DNA of 64,000 bases from Alphaproteobacteria bacterium. Lineage in GTDB: Bacteria; Pseudomonadota; Alphaproteobacteria; SHVZ01. The stretch is taken from the NCBI GenBank assembly GCA_009694025.1, contig SHVZ01000008.1:2609-66608 (forward strand), given 5' to 3'. Made by a program: the position numbers and the translations under genes. Positions within the stretch are counted from its first letter, which is position 1. Each line of letters opens with the position of its first letter. Below are positions 10,063 through 19,721 of the stretch, in pieces. The notes under the pieces were generated by a model. The model did no database searches, was not told the DNA's origin, and saw only the letters and a program-made list of their open reading frames with translations.

Positions 10063-10602
10063 ATGGCGAGCCAGGAAGCGAACAAGATTGCCGGCGCCGT
10101 TCTGATGGCCGGACTGATTGCAATGGCGAGCGGCTTCATCGCCCGCTCCCTGGTCCGGCCGGTCGAGCTCAAGGAGCTGGCCTTCGCGGTCGAGAAGCCG
10201 GACGCGCCGGCAGCCGGCAGCCAGGCGGCGGCGGTGCCAGCCGAGGTCCCGCCGATCGCGCCGCTGCTGGCCAGGGCCGACCTCGCCGCCGGCGAAGCCT
10301 CCGCCAAGAAGTGCGCGGCCTGCCACACCTTCGACAAGGGCGGGCCCAACCGGGTCGGCCCGAACCTTTGGGACGTGGTCGGCCGCAAGCCGGGCGCCCA
10401 GGCCGGTTTCGCCTTCTCCAAGCCGATGGCGGCCGTCGCCGAGAACTGGGACTACGAGCGTCTGAACAAGTACCTCGCCAATCCCAAGACGGCGATCCCG
10501 GGCAACAAGATGGCCTTCGCCGGCATTCCGAAGCCGGAGGAGCGCGCTGCCCTCATCGCCTGGCTCCGCAGCAAGGCCGACGCGCCGAAGCCGATGCCGT
10601 AG
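10063..10602 (+). CDS. Membrane-anchored class I cytochrome c (CycM-like)
   Basis: N-terminal TM anchor (IAGAVLMAGLIAMASGFIA), an Ala/Pro linker, haem motif CAACH, and downstream GNKMAFAGI providing the Met ligand. Confidence 0.75.
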   Translation: MASQEANKIAGAVLMAGLIAMASGFIARSLVRPVELKELAFAVEKPDAPAAGSQAAAVPAEVPPIAPLLARADLAAGEASAKKCAACHTFDKGGPNRVGPNLWDVVGRKPGAQAGFAFSKPMAAVAENWDYERLNKYLANPKTAIPGNKMAFAGIPKPEERAALIAWLRSKADAPKPMP

Positions 10603-10617
10603 GCGGCGGCGCCGGCC

Positions 10618-11391
10618 GTGCGCTGCCCCGACGAGTTCGTCGCCTTCGCAGGCCGCCTGGCGGAGGCGAGCGGGCCGGTCATCCGCCGCTATTTCCGGAC
10701 ACCGATCGGCGTCGAGGACAAGGCCGATTCGAGCCCGGTCACCATCGCCGACCGCGAGGCCGAGCTCGCCGTTCGCGCCCTGATCGATCGCGCCTACCCC
10801 GATCACGGCATCATCGGTGAGGAGCATGGGGTGAGCCGTCCCGGCGCCTCGCACCAATGGGTCATCGACCCGATCGACGGCACCAAGGCGTTCATCACCG
10901 GAAAGCCGATGTTCGGCACGCTGGTGGCGTTGCTCCGCGACGGAATCCCCATCCTCGGGATGATCGACCAGCCGGTGGCCCAAGAGCGCTGGCTCGGCGC
11001 CGCCGGCCACGCCACCACCTTCAACGGCGCGCCGGCATCGGTCCGAAGCTGCCCGGAGCTCGCCAAGGCGGTGGTCAATTCGAGCCACCCGGACATGTTC
11101 CGCAAGCCCCCCGCCGAGCGCTTCTGGCGCGTCGCCTCGACCTCGAAGCTGACACTCTGGGGCGGCGACTGCTACGCCTACGGCCTCCTGGCGATCGGCC
11201 ACATCGACCTGGTGATCGAGTTCGGGCTCAAGCTCTACGACTTCGCCGCCCTGGTTCCGATCGTCCGGGGCGCCGGCGGCGCCATGACCGACTGGCAGGG
11301 AAAGCCGCTGACCGGCGCTTCTCAAGGAGACGTGATCGCCGCCGGCGACGCGCGCACGCACCGCGAGGCCCTCGACCGCCTCGCCGCCTGA
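10618..11391 (+). CDS. hisN: Inositol-monophosphatase-family histidinol-phosphatase (HisN type)
   Basis: GTG start. IMPase motifs EEHG, WVIDPIDGTKAF and GGDCYAYGLLAIGHIDLVIE. The size (257 aa) and sequence style match alphaproteobacterial HisN; substrate assignment is by family resemblance only. Confidence 0.65.
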   Translation: MRCPDEFVAFAGRLAEASGPVIRRYFRTPIGVEDKADSSPVTIADREAELAVRALIDRAYPDHGIIGEEHGVSRPGASHQWVIDPIDGTKAFITGKPMFGTLVALLRDGIPILGMIDQPVAQERWLGAAGHATTFNGAPASVRSCPELAKAVVNSSHPDMFRKPPAERFWRVASTSKLTLWGGDCYAYGLLAIGHIDLVIEFGLKLYDFAALVPIVRGAGGAMTDWQGKPLTGASQGDVIAAGDARTHREALDRLAA

Positions 11392-11441
11392 GGAACCTTG
11401 CCCTACACTCCATCGTTCGGGAGCGAGCGAAGGAGGTCGGA

Positions 11442-13262
11442 ATGCGGAAGATCGCAGCGCTGGCGATGGCCCTCGGCACGATGGCGATGCCGGCCTTTGC
11501 CGACGACCCGAAGCCGGTGCACGGCCTCGCCATGCACGGCGAACCGAAGTACAAGCCCGACTTCACTCAGCTCGACTACGTCGAGCGGTCGGCGCCCAAG
11601 GGCGGGCAGATCACGCTCGCCGCCATCGGCACCTACGACAACCTCAATTCCTTCGTGCTGAAGGGCATCGCCGCCGCCGGCCTCGGCCTCATCTACGACA
11701 CCCTCGCCGCCGGCACTTCCGACGAGGCGTTCAGCTCCTATGGAACCATCGCCCAGTCGATGGAGGTCCCGGACGACCGCTCGTGGATCATCTTCAACCT
11801 GCGCCCGGAGGCGCGCTTCCACGACGGCAAGCCGATCACGCCCGAGGACGTGATCTTCACCTTCGAGACGCTGAAGACCAAAGGCCACCCGCTCTACCGC
11901 AGCTACTACGCCGATGTCGCCAAGGTCGAGAAGCTGGGCGACCGCCGAGTGAAGCTGAACTTCGCCGGCCGCACCAACCGCGAGCTGCCGCTGATCGTCG
12001 GCCAGGCGGCGATCCTGCCCAGGCACTACTGGGAGGGGCGCGACTTCGAGAGGACGACGCTCGAGCCGCCGCTCGGCAACGGTGCCTACAAGATCGCCGA
12101 GGTCGATGCCGGCCGCTCGATCACCTACCAGCGGGTCGCCGACTACTGGGGCAAGGACCTGCCGATCAACCGCGGACGCGAGAACATCGAGACGATCAAG
12201 TACGACTATTTCCGCGACCCGCTCGTCGCCTTCGAGGCGTTCAAGGCCGGGCAGATCGACTTCCGCCAGGAGAACGTCTCCCGGCAATGGGCGACGTCCT
12301 ACGACTTCCCGGCGGTCAAGGACGGCCTGATCAAGCGAGAGGAGATCGCCCACGAGCTGCCCGCGGGCATGCAAGGGTTCGGCTTCAACACCCGGCGCGC
12401 GCAGTTCAAGGATCCCCGCGTGCGCCAGGCCCTCGGGCTCGCCTTCGACTTCGAGTGGAGCAACAAGACCCTGTTCTACGGCTTCTACAAGCGTTCGCTC
12501 AGCTACTTCTCCAACTCCGAGCTGGGCTCGCGAGGCCTGCCCGAGGGCGAGGAGCTGACGATCCTCGAGCGCTACCGCGGCAAGGTGCCCGTCGAGGTCT
12601 TCACCCGGGAATATAAGCTGCCGACCTCGGACGGCACCGGCAACCTCTCGCGCGAGCACCTCCGCGAGGCCTTCCGCCTGCTCAAGGAGGCCGGCTGGGA
12701 GATCAAAGGGAAGGCGCTCACCAATGCCCAGGGCCAGCCATTCGAATTCGAGATCCTGCTGGGCGACCCGAACTGGGAGCGCATCACGCTGCCGTTCGTC
12801 AAGAACCTGGAGCGCCTGGGAATCACCGCCAAGGTGCGCACGGTCGACACCGCGCAGAACCAGAAGCGCGAGGACGTCTTCGACTTCGACATGACCGTGG
12901 TGGTGTTCGGCCAATCGCAATCGCCCGGCAACGAGCAGCGCGACTTCTGGCACTCGACCAACGTCGACGTGCACGGCAGCCGCAACCTGATGGGCATCAA
13001 GGACCCGGTGATCGACGAGCTGATCGACCTGGTGATCGAGGCTCCGGATCGCGCGTCGCTGATCCAACGGACGCGCGCCCTCGACCGCGTGCTGCTGTGG
13101 GGACATTACGTCGTCCCGCACTGGCACCTCGGCAAGTGGTGGCTGGCCTACTGGGACAAGTTCGACCGGCCAGCGACGCTGCCCAAGTTCAGCCCCGGCT
13201 TTCCGGATATCTGGTGGATCGACGGCGCCCGGGCGGCGGCGCTCGCCGCCAAGCGGGGCTAG
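11442..13262 (+). CDS. yejA: Peptide ABC transporter periplasmic binding protein (SBP family 5, YejA-like)
   Basis: ATG at 11442 is preceded by AGGAGG. Signal peptide MRKIAALAMALGTMAMPAFA. The 606-aa body is typical of YejA (HGLAMHGEPKY..., YKIAEVDAGRSITYQRV). The track ORF start at 10857 is a spurious upstream extension through hisN. Confidence 0.8.
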   Translation: MRKIAALAMALGTMAMPAFADDPKPVHGLAMHGEPKYKPDFTQLDYVERSAPKGGQITLAAIGTYDNLNSFVLKGIAAAGLGLIYDTLAAGTSDEAFSSYGTIAQSMEVPDDRSWIIFNLRPEARFHDGKPITPEDVIFTFETLKTKGHPLYRSYYADVAKVEKLGDRRVKLNFAGRTNRELPLIVGQAAILPRHYWEGRDFERTTLEPPLGNGAYKIAEVDAGRSITYQRVADYWGKDLPINRGRENIETIKYDYFRDPLVAFEAFKAGQIDFRQENVSRQWATSYDFPAVKDGLIKREEIAHELPAGMQGFGFNTRRAQFKDPRVRQALGLAFDFEWSNKTLFYGFYKRSLSYFSNSELGSRGLPEGEELTILERYRGKVPVEVFTREYKLPTSDGTGNLSREHLREAFRLLKEAGWEIKGKALTNAQGQPFEFEILLGDPNWERITLPFVKNLERLGITAKVRTVDTAQNQKREDVFDFDMTVVVFGQSQSPGNEQRDFWHSTNVDVHGSRNLMGIKDPVIDELIDLVIEAPDRASLIQRTRALDRVLLWGHYVVPHWHLGKWWLAYWDKFDRPATLPKFSPGFPDIWWIDGARAAALAAKRG

Positions 13263-13286
13263 GCCAGGAACCGGTCGCCCAAGCCC

Positions 13287-14399
13287 GTGCTCGCCTATAT
13301 CACCCGTCGCCTGCTGTTGATGATCCCGACACTGTTCGGGATCATGGTCATCAACTTCTTCGTCGTTCAGGCCGCCCCCGGCGGGCCGGTCGAGCAGGTG
13401 ATCGCCCAGATCAAGGGTAAGGAGAGCTCGGCGACGGCGCGGATCACCGGGCCCGGCAGCGATTCCGGAAGCAGCGGCAGCCAGCAGAGCCCGGGCAACG
13501 TCGGCAGCGAGCAGAGTCTCTACCGCGGCGCCCGAGGCCTCGATCCCGAGCTGATCAAGCAGCTGGAGCGCCAGTTCGGCTTCGACCGGCCGGCGCCGGA
13601 ACGCTTCGTCAAGATGATGGAGAGCTACCTCACCTTCGATTTCGGCAACAGCTTCTTCCGCGATCGCCGTGTCGTCGACCTGGTGTTCGACAAGCTGCCG
13701 GTGTCGATCTCGCTCGGCCTGTGGACGACCCTTCTGGTCTATCTCATCTCGATCCCGCTGGGCATCCGGAAGGCCGTCCGCGACGGCACGACCTTCGACG
13801 TCTGGTCCTCGGCCGCGATCATCGTCGGCTACGCCATCCCCGGCTTCCTCTTTGCCATACTCCTGGTCGTGCTTTTCGCCGGCGGCAGCTTCTGGAGCAT
13901 CTTCCCGCTGCGCGGCCTCGTCTCCGATGGCTGGCGCCAGATGTCGCTGCCGGCGCTGGCGCTGAACTATGCCTGGCACATGGCCCTGCCGGTCATCGCC
14001 ATGGTCGTCGGCGGCTTCGCCAGCCTGACCATGCTGACGAAGAACACCTTCATCGAGGAGATCAACAAGCAGTACGTGACGACCGCGCGCGCCAAGGGGC
14101 TCTCCGAGAGCCGAGTCCTCTACGGCCACGTCTTCCGCAACGCCATGCTGCTGGTGGTCGCCGGGTTTCCCGCCGCCTTCATCGGCATCCTGTTCACCGG
14201 CTCGGTTCTGATGGAGGTGATCTTCTCGCTCGACGGGCTCGGCCTGCTGGGATTCGAGGCGGCGATCAACCGCGACTACCCGATCATGTTCGGGACGCTC
14301 TACGTCTTCACGTTGCTCGGGCTGGCCCTCGGCCTGATCGGCGATCTCATGTACGTCGCCGTCGATCCCCGCATCGACTTCGCCCGGCGCGAGGGCTGA
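13287..14399 (+). CDS. yejB: Peptide ABC transporter permease (YejB-like)
   Basis: [37 protein letters not shown] is the canonical DppB/YejB N-terminus. 370 aa. Confidence 0.85.
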   Translation: MLAYITRRLLLMIPTLFGIMVINFFVVQAAPGGPVEQVIAQIKGKESSATARITGPGSDSGSSGSQQSPGNVGSEQSLYRGARGLDPELIKQLERQFGFDRPAPERFVKMMESYLTFDFGNSFFRDRRVVDLVFDKLPVSISLGLWTTLLVYLISIPLGIRKAVRDGTTFDVWSSAAIIVGYAIPGFLFAILLVVLFAGGSFWSIFPLRGLVSDGWRQMSLPALALNYAWHMALPVIAMVVGGFASLTMLTKNTFIEEINKQYVTTARAKGLSESRVLYGHVFRNAMLLVVAGFPAAFIGILFTGSVLMEVIFSLDGLGLLGFEAAINRDYPIMFGTLYVFTLLGLALGLIGDLMYVAVDPRIDFARREG

Positions 14400-14405
14400 G
14401 CCACG

Positions 14406-15455
14406 GTGGCGACCGAGCGCACTATCGGCGTACGGATCGCGCCGCTGACCCGGCGGCGGCTCCACAACTTCCGCGCCAACCGCCGCGGCTTCTGGTCGCT
14501 CTGGATCTTCCTCGCGATCTTCACCGTCACCCTCTTCGCCGAGTTCATCGCCAACGACCGGCCGATCCTCGTCCGCTACGACGGCAACTTCTACGTTCCC
14601 GTCCTCGTCGACTACCCGGAAACGACCTTCGGCGGCGAGTTCCCGACCGAGGCCGACTACCACGACCCGGAGGTGCGCAGCCTCATCCAGGCGAAAGGAT
14701 GGATCCTCTGGCCGATGATCCCCTTCAGCTACGACACCGTGGTGAAGGATCTCGGGCGTCCCGCACCGTCGTCGCCGTCGGCGCGCAACTGGCTCGGCAC
14801 CGACGACCAGGCCCGCGACGTGACGGCCAGGCTGATCTACGGCTTCCGCATCTCCGTCCTCTTCGGGCTCGTGCTCACGCTCCTGTCGACCGCGATCGGC
14901 GTCGCTGCCGGCGCGATCCAGGGCTACTTCGGCGGCCTCACAGACCTCCTCTTCCAGCGCTTCATGGAGATCTGGTCGGGGCTTCCGGTCCTCTATCTCC
15001 TGATCATCCTGGCGTCGATCGTCGAGCCGACCTTCTGGTGGCTGCTCGGTCTCATGCTGCTGTTCTCCTGGATGTCGCTGGTCGGCGTCGTCCGCGCCGA
15101 GTTCCTGCGCGCCCGCAATTTCGACTACGTCCGGGCCGCCCGTGCGCTCGGCCTCGCGCCGTTCAAGATCATCCGCCGCCACGTGCTGCCGAACGCGATG
15201 GTGGCGACGCTCACCTTCATGCCGTTCGTGCTCAATGGCTCGATCACCACGCTGACCTCCCTCGACTTCCTCGGGTTCGGCCTGCCGCCTGGCTCGCCCT
15301 CGCTCGGCGAGCTCCTGGCCCAGGGCAAGAACAACCTGCAGGCGCCCTGGCTCGGCATCACCGGCTTCCTCGTCCTCGCCACCATGCTGAGCCTCCTGGT
15401 CTTCGTCGGCGAGGCGGTCCGCGACGCCTTCGATCCAAGGAAGACCGTGTCATGA
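14406..15455 (+). CDS. yejE: Peptide ABC transporter permease (YejE-like)
   Basis: ...RRLHNFRANRRGFWSLWIFLAIFTVTLFAEFIANDRPILVRYDGNFYVPVL matches the YejE N-terminal pattern. 349 aa. Confidence 0.85.
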   Translation: MATERTIGVRIAPLTRRRLHNFRANRRGFWSLWIFLAIFTVTLFAEFIANDRPILVRYDGNFYVPVLVDYPETTFGGEFPTEADYHDPEVRSLIQAKGWILWPMIPFSYDTVVKDLGRPAPSSPSARNWLGTDDQARDVTARLIYGFRISVLFGLVLTLLSTAIGVAAGAIQGYFGGLTDLLFQRFMEIWSGLPVLYLLIILASIVEPTFWWLLGLMLLFSWMSLVGVVRAEFLRARNFDYVRAARALGLAPFKIIRRHVLPNAMVATLTFMPFVLNGSITTLTSLDFLGFGLPPGSPSLGELLAQGKNNLQAPWLGITGFLVLATMLSLLVFVGEAVRDAFDPRKTVS

Positions 15456-17077
15456 CCGCGCTCCTCGAGGTCCAAGACTTGTCCGTCACCTTCCGAACGC
15501 CGCTGGCGTCGGTCGAGGCGGTGAAGCGCGTCTCCTTCACCCTCGATCGTGGCAAGACCCTGGCGCTGGTCGGCGAGTCGGGCTCCGGCAAGTCGGTGAC
15601 CGCGCTGTCGGTCCTCCAGCTCCTCCCCTATCCGGTCGCCTCGCACCCCTCGGGCTCCGTCCGCTTCGACGGCCGGGAGCTGATCGGCGCCTCGCCCGAG
15701 ACGCTGATGGCCATCCGCGGCAACCGCATCTCCATGGTGTTCCAGGAGCCGATGACCTCGCTCAACCCGTTGCACACGGTCGAGCGGCAGATCGGCGAGA
15801 CCCTGGCCCTGCACAAGCGGCTTACCGCCGCCGCCGCCCGCGCGCGCATCGTCGAGCTTCTGCAGCTCGTCGGCATCAACGATGGCGAGCGGCGCCTCGG
15901 CGCCTTCCCGCACCAGCTCTCGGGCGGCCAGCGCCAGCGCGTGATGATCGCCATGGCGCTCGCCAACGACCCGGACATCCTGATCGCCGACGAGCCGACC
16001 ACGGCCCTCGACGTCACCATCCAGGCGCAGATCCTGGCGCTGATAAAGGATCTTCAACAACGCCTCGGCCTCGCCGTGCTGCTGATCAGCCACGATCTCG
16101 GGGTCGTCGCCAAGGTCGCCGAACGGATTGCGGTGATGAACCAGGGCGAGATCGTCGAGCAGGGCCTGGTCGCCGAGATCTTCGCCCGGCCGACGCACCC
16201 CTACACCCGGCACTTGCTGGCGAGCGAGCCCAGGGGAGCCCCGGCGCCGGCCGATCCCGCGGCGCCGATCCTGATCTCCTCGGACCGCCTCAAGGTGTGG
16301 TTCCCGATCAAGTCCGGCGTCTTCCGCCGCACCGTCGACCACATCAAGGCGGTCGATGGGATCTCGATCGAGGTCCGGGTCGGCGAGACCCTGGGCGTGG
16401 TCGGCGAATCCGGCTCCGGCAAGTCGACGCTGGGCCTGGCGCTGCTCCGCCTGCTCAAGGCGGAGGGCGGGATCCGCTTCGACGGACGGGAGATCGGCGG
16501 CATCGGCGGCTGGCGGCTCCGGCCGCTCCGCCGCCAGATGCAGATCGTCTTCCAGGACCCATTCGGTTCCTTGAGCCCGCGCATGTCGATCGGCGAGATC
16601 GTCGGCGAGGGCCTGGAGGTGCACGAGCCCGGGGTCGCCGAGGCCGAGCGCGAGGCCCAGATCGTCGCCGCCCTGACCGAGGTCGGCCTCGATCCGGCGA
16701 CCCGCGGCCGCTATCCGCACGAGTTCTCCGGCGGCCAGCGCCAGCGTGTCGCCATCGCTCGCGCCCTCGTGCTGAAGCCGAGGTTGATCATCCTGGATGA
16801 GCCGACCTCCGCCCTCGACCGCTCGGTGCAGGCCCAGATCGTCGACCTGCTCCGCGGCCTCCAGCGCCGCCACGGGCTCGCCTATCTGTTCATCAGCCAC
16901 GACCTCAAGGTCGTCCGCGCCATGTCCCACCGCATCCTGGTGCTGCGCGACGGCCGCCGGGTCGAGGAAGGCCCGGCCGACGCCATCCTGACCGCCCCGC
17001 AGCACCCCTACACCCAGGCGCTGCTCGCCGCGGCCTTCGATCTGGAGGCGGCGCCGGCCGGCGTGGTAAGCACCTGA
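15452..17077 (+). CDS. yejF: Peptide ABC transporter duplicated ATPase (YejF-like)
   Basis: ATGA overlap with yejE. Two ABC cassettes: GESGSGKS twice, LSGGQRQRVMIAMAL and [15 protein letters not shown]. The 1118-aa track ORF (13721-17077) is real only from 15452. Confidence 0.88.
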   Translation: MTALLEVQDLSVTFRTPLASVEAVKRVSFTLDRGKTLALVGESGSGKSVTALSVLQLLPYPVASHPSGSVRFDGRELIGASPETLMAIRGNRISMVFQEPMTSLNPLHTVERQIGETLALHKRLTAAAARARIVELLQLVGINDGERRLGAFPHQLSGGQRQRVMIAMALANDPDILIADEPTTALDVTIQAQILALIKDLQQRLGLAVLLISHDLGVVAKVAERIAVMNQGEIVEQGLVAEIFARPTHPYTRHLLASEPRGAPAPADPAAPILISSDRLKVWFPIKSGVFRRTVDHIKAVDGISIEVRVGETLGVVGESGSGKSTLGLALLRLLKAEGGIRFDGREIGGIGGWRLRPLRRQMQIVFQDPFGSLSPRMSIGEIVGEGLEVHEPGVAEAEREAQIVAALTEVGLDPATRGRYPHEFSGGQRQRVAIARALVLKPRLIILDEPTSALDRSVQAQIVDLLRGLQRRHGLAYLFISHDLKVVRAMSHRILVLRDGRRVEEGPADAILTAPQHPYTQALLAAAFDLEAAPAGVVST

Positions 17078-17168
17078 CCTCAACTCGGGTTGCAGAACAT
17101 GTCCGGCGATCGCCTCTCCCTCCACGACACCGCGCGGTGCGACGGCGCCACGGCCGGCGCCACCTGAC

Positions 17169-17930
17169 ATGGCCGGCACCGACCGCAAGCAGGCGGGACT
17201 GAGCGGCGGGCCGCCGGTGATCCTCAATCAGCCCCAGCTCGGCGAGAATATCGGGCTTGCCGCCCGCGCCATGCTGAACTGCGGGCTGACCGAGATGCGG
17301 CTGGTGGCGCCTCGCGACGGCTGGCCGAACGAGAGGGCGCGGTCGGCCGCCTCCGGCGCCGACCAGGTCATCGACGGCGCCCGGGTTTTTCCCCGGCTCG
17401 AGGACGCGCTTGCCGATCTGACCCACGTCTTCGCCGCCACGGCGCGGCCGCGCGACATGGTGAAGCCGGTGCTGACGCCGCGGGCGGCGGCGGTCGGGCT
17501 GCGCACCCTGATCGCCGAGGGACGGAAGCCCGGCCTTCTGTTCGGGCCCGAGCGCATGGGCCTCACCAACGACGAGATTCCGCTCGCCGACACCATCGTC
17601 GCGGTGCCGCTCAATCCCGCGTTCTCCTCGCTCAACCTCGCCCAGGCGGTGCTGCTGGTGGGATACGAGTGGCTGCAGTCGGCCGACGCCACGCCCGACT
17701 ATCAGCACTGGGGCGGCGGCGACGAACCGGCCGAGAAGGCCGAGCTGATGAACTTCATGGAGCGTTTCGAGGCCGAGCTCGACGACTGCGGCTTCCTTCG
17801 CAACCTAGATCAGCGCCCGACCATGGTCCGGAACCTCCGCAACCTGTTCCAGCGCGCTCGCCCGACCAGCCAGGAGCTGCGCACGCTGCATGGCGCCGTC
17901 CGCTGCCTGGTCGACAAGCGGAAGGACTGA
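17169..17930 (+). CDS. SpoU/TrmH-class RNA 2'-O-methyltransferase (TrmJ/LasT-like)
   Basis: ILNQPQLGENIGLAARAMLNCG, LLFGPERMGLTNDE and SLNLAQAVLLVGYEW are the three SpoU methylase motifs. 253 aa. Confidence 0.75.
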   Translation: MAGTDRKQAGLSGGPPVILNQPQLGENIGLAARAMLNCGLTEMRLVAPRDGWPNERARSAASGADQVIDGARVFPRLEDALADLTHVFAATARPRDMVKPVLTPRAAAVGLRTLIAEGRKPGLLFGPERMGLTNDEIPLADTIVAVPLNPAFSSLNLAQAVLLVGYEWLQSADATPDYQHWGGGDEPAEKAELMNFMERFEAELDDCGFLRNLDQRPTMVRNLRNLFQRARPTSQELRTLHGAVRCLVDKRKD

Positions 17931-17974
17931 GCGTCGGCGGTTTCGGCGCCTGGCGGCGCGGGGACAGGCAGCGT

Positions 17975-18002
17975 TTGACAAGCGAATCCCGGTCCCTATA
18001 CT
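17975..18002 (+). promoter_or_regulatory. Near-consensus sigma70 promoter of rpsD
   Basis: TTGACA (17975-17980), 16-nt spacer, TATACT (17997-18002). It sits about 100 nt upstream of the rpsD ATG, implying a 5' UTR of roughly 90 nt. Confidence 0.6.
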
Positions 18003-18099
18003 CCGCCGCTTCCTTCCCGGGAACGTGAACGCGTCCAACGAGGCGCGTTCCGGCCAATGGCCCTACCGGGACAACAAACCGCCCAATTAAGGACCAACC

Positions 18100-18714
18100 A
18101 TGGCAAAGCGCGAGAACGCGAAGTACAAGATAAACCGCCGGCTCGGAGTCAATCTCTGGGGCCGGCCGAAGAGCCCGGTCAACCGGCGCGAATACGGTCC
18201 CGGCCAGCACGGCCAGCGCCGCAAGAAGCCGTCCGACTACGGCATCCAGCTGATGGCCAAGCAGAAGCTCAAGGGCTACTACGGCAACATCGGCGAGCGC
18301 CAGTTCCGCCGTCACTACGACGAGGCGGTGCGCCGCAAGGGCGACACCGGCGCCAATCTGATCGAGCTGCTGGAGCGCCGGCTCGACACCGTGGTCTACC
18401 GCATGAAGTTCGTGCTGACGGTGTTCGCCGCCCGCCAGTTCGTGAACCACGGCCACATCAAGGTCAACGGCCGCCGGGTCAATATCGGCTCCTACCTCGT
18501 CAAGGACGGCGACACCATCGAGGTGAAGGAGAAGTCGAAGCAGCTGAACGTCGTGCTCGAGGCGGTCCAGTCGGCCGAGCGCGACGTGCCCGACTATCTC
18601 GAGGTCGACCACAAGGCGCTGAAGGGCAAGTTCACGCGGAAGCCCGCGCTCGAGGACGTGCCGTTCCCCGTGCAGATGGAGCCGAACCAGGTCGTCGAGT
18701 TCTACTCGCGCTGA
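18100..18714 (+). CDS. rpsD: 30S ribosomal protein S4
   Basis: [62 protein letters not shown]... is unmistakably S4. AAGGA lies 8 nt upstream. Confidence 0.97.
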   Translation: MAKRENAKYKINRRLGVNLWGRPKSPVNRREYGPGQHGQRRKKPSDYGIQLMAKQKLKGYYGNIGERQFRRHYDEAVRRKGDTGANLIELLERRLDTVVYRMKFVLTVFAARQFVNHGHIKVNGRRVNIGSYLVKDGDTIEVKEKSKQLNVVLEAVQSAERDVPDYLEVDHKALKGKFTRKPALEDVPFPVQMEPNQVVEFYSR

Positions 18715-18737
18715 CCTGAGGTCCGTCGTCGAAGGCG

Positions 18738-18777
18738 CGAAGGGCGTCGCCGGAAGGCGGCGTCCTTCGTCATTTCA
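18738..18777 (+). terminator. Probable rho-independent terminator after rpsD, shared with the convergent gene
   Basis: Imperfect GC-rich stem CGAAGGGCGUCGCC / GGCGGCGUCCUUCG around a GGAA loop (18738-18769), followed by UCAUUUCA. It lies between the convergent rpsD and the PLP dehydratase gene. Confidence 0.5.
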
Positions 18778-18780
18778 GGG

Positions 18781-19713
18781 TCAGCCGATCCCGTCGGTGC
18801 CGGCGCCGCAGACCACCGCGCAGACCCTGGCGCCCTTCGGCAGGTCGAGCTTGCCGGTGAGCAGGGCCGCGACCGAAGCGGCGCCCGAGAGCTCGGCGGC
18901 GATGCCGAGCTCGCGCCAGAGCCAGCGCGCCGCCTCCCGCATGTCGTCGTCGGTGATCAGCACGATGCGCTCGACATGCTTGGCGATGAGGTCGAGGTTG
19001 ATCTGCCCGGACCGTCGCGCCGAGAGTGTGCTGACCTTGCTCTCGATCCTGTCGAGGGTGACGAGCTTGCCGGCCTTCAGGCTGTCATGGAGCGTCGGCG
19101 CGCCGGTCGGCTCGATGCCGATGATCCGAACCGAAGGCTTCGACGCCCTGATCGCCGCCGCCACGCCGGAGATGAAGCCGCCGCCGCCGATCGCCGCCAG
19201 GACGATGTCGACATCCGGCAGATCGTCGATCACCTCAAGGCCGAGCGTCCCCTGGCCGTGGATGACCGCCTCGTCCGCGAACGGATGGATGTAGGTCAGC
19301 CCCTCGCGCGCGGCGTGGCGCTGCGCCTCGGCGTTCGAGTCGTCCCAGACCTCGCCGAAGACGATCGGCTCGGCACCGAACGCCCGGATGGTCGCGGCCT
19401 TCTCCGCCGGCGCGGACGACGGCAGATAGACGACGGCGCGGGTCTTGGCGATCCAGCCGGTATAGGCGACCGCCTTGCCGTGGTTGCCGCCGGAGGCGGT
19501 GATAATGCCCTTGCGGATCGCGGCGTCCGGAAGGCTCTTCAACGTGTTGACCGCGCCCCTCGGCTTGAACGACCCGGTGATCTGCAGGCATTCGAGCTTG
19601 AGCATCAGGTCGGGGCCGCCGGTCACCGGCGCCGAGCGCATCATCGGCGTGCGGCGGACGAGCCCCTCGATGCGCGCCTCGGCGGCGCGGAAGTCGGCGA
19701 GCGTGAAAGCCAT
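18781..19713 (-). CDS. PLP-dependent serine/threonine dehydratase family enzyme (fold type II)
   Basis: The track ORF is trimmed to the ATG at 19713 (MAFTLADFRAAEARIEGLVRRTP...). PLP lysine motif GSFKPRG, ASGGNHG, and glycine loop GGGGFISG. It lies 8 nt downstream of the Dpp-type ATPase gene. Confidence 0.8.
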   Translation of the reverse strand: MAFTLADFRAAEARIEGLVRRTPMMRSAPVTGGPDLMLKLECLQITGSFKPRGAVNTLKSLPDAAIRKGIITASGGNHGKAVAYTGWIAKTRAVVYLPSSAPAEKAATIRAFGAEPIVFGEVWDDSNAEAQRHAAREGLTYIHPFADEAVIHGQGTLGLEVIDDLPDVDIVLAAIGGGGFISGVAAAIRASKPSVRIIGIEPTGAPTLHDSLKAGKLVTLDRIESKVSTLSARRSGQINLDLIAKHVERIVLITDDDMREAARWLWRELGIAAELSGAASVAALLTGKLDLPKGARVCAVVCGAGTDGIG

Positions 19714-19721
19714 GGGCGGCT

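Noticed and set aside
11403-15182. 1259-aa minus-strand ORF, the longest in the track
   Set aside because: It lies antisense to yejA-yejB-yejE, which have confident family signatures. Its translation is a low-complexity run of R, G, D, E, A and P with no motifs. This is the typical stop-codon-poor shadow frame of about 70% GC DNA.
13721-17077. 1118-aa plus-strand ORF suggesting a giant fusion protein
   Set aside because: Only the last 541 codons (from ATG 15452, MTALLEVQDLSV...) are YejF. The upstream part is an out-of-frame read-through of yejB/yejE with Arg/Pro-rich nonsense.
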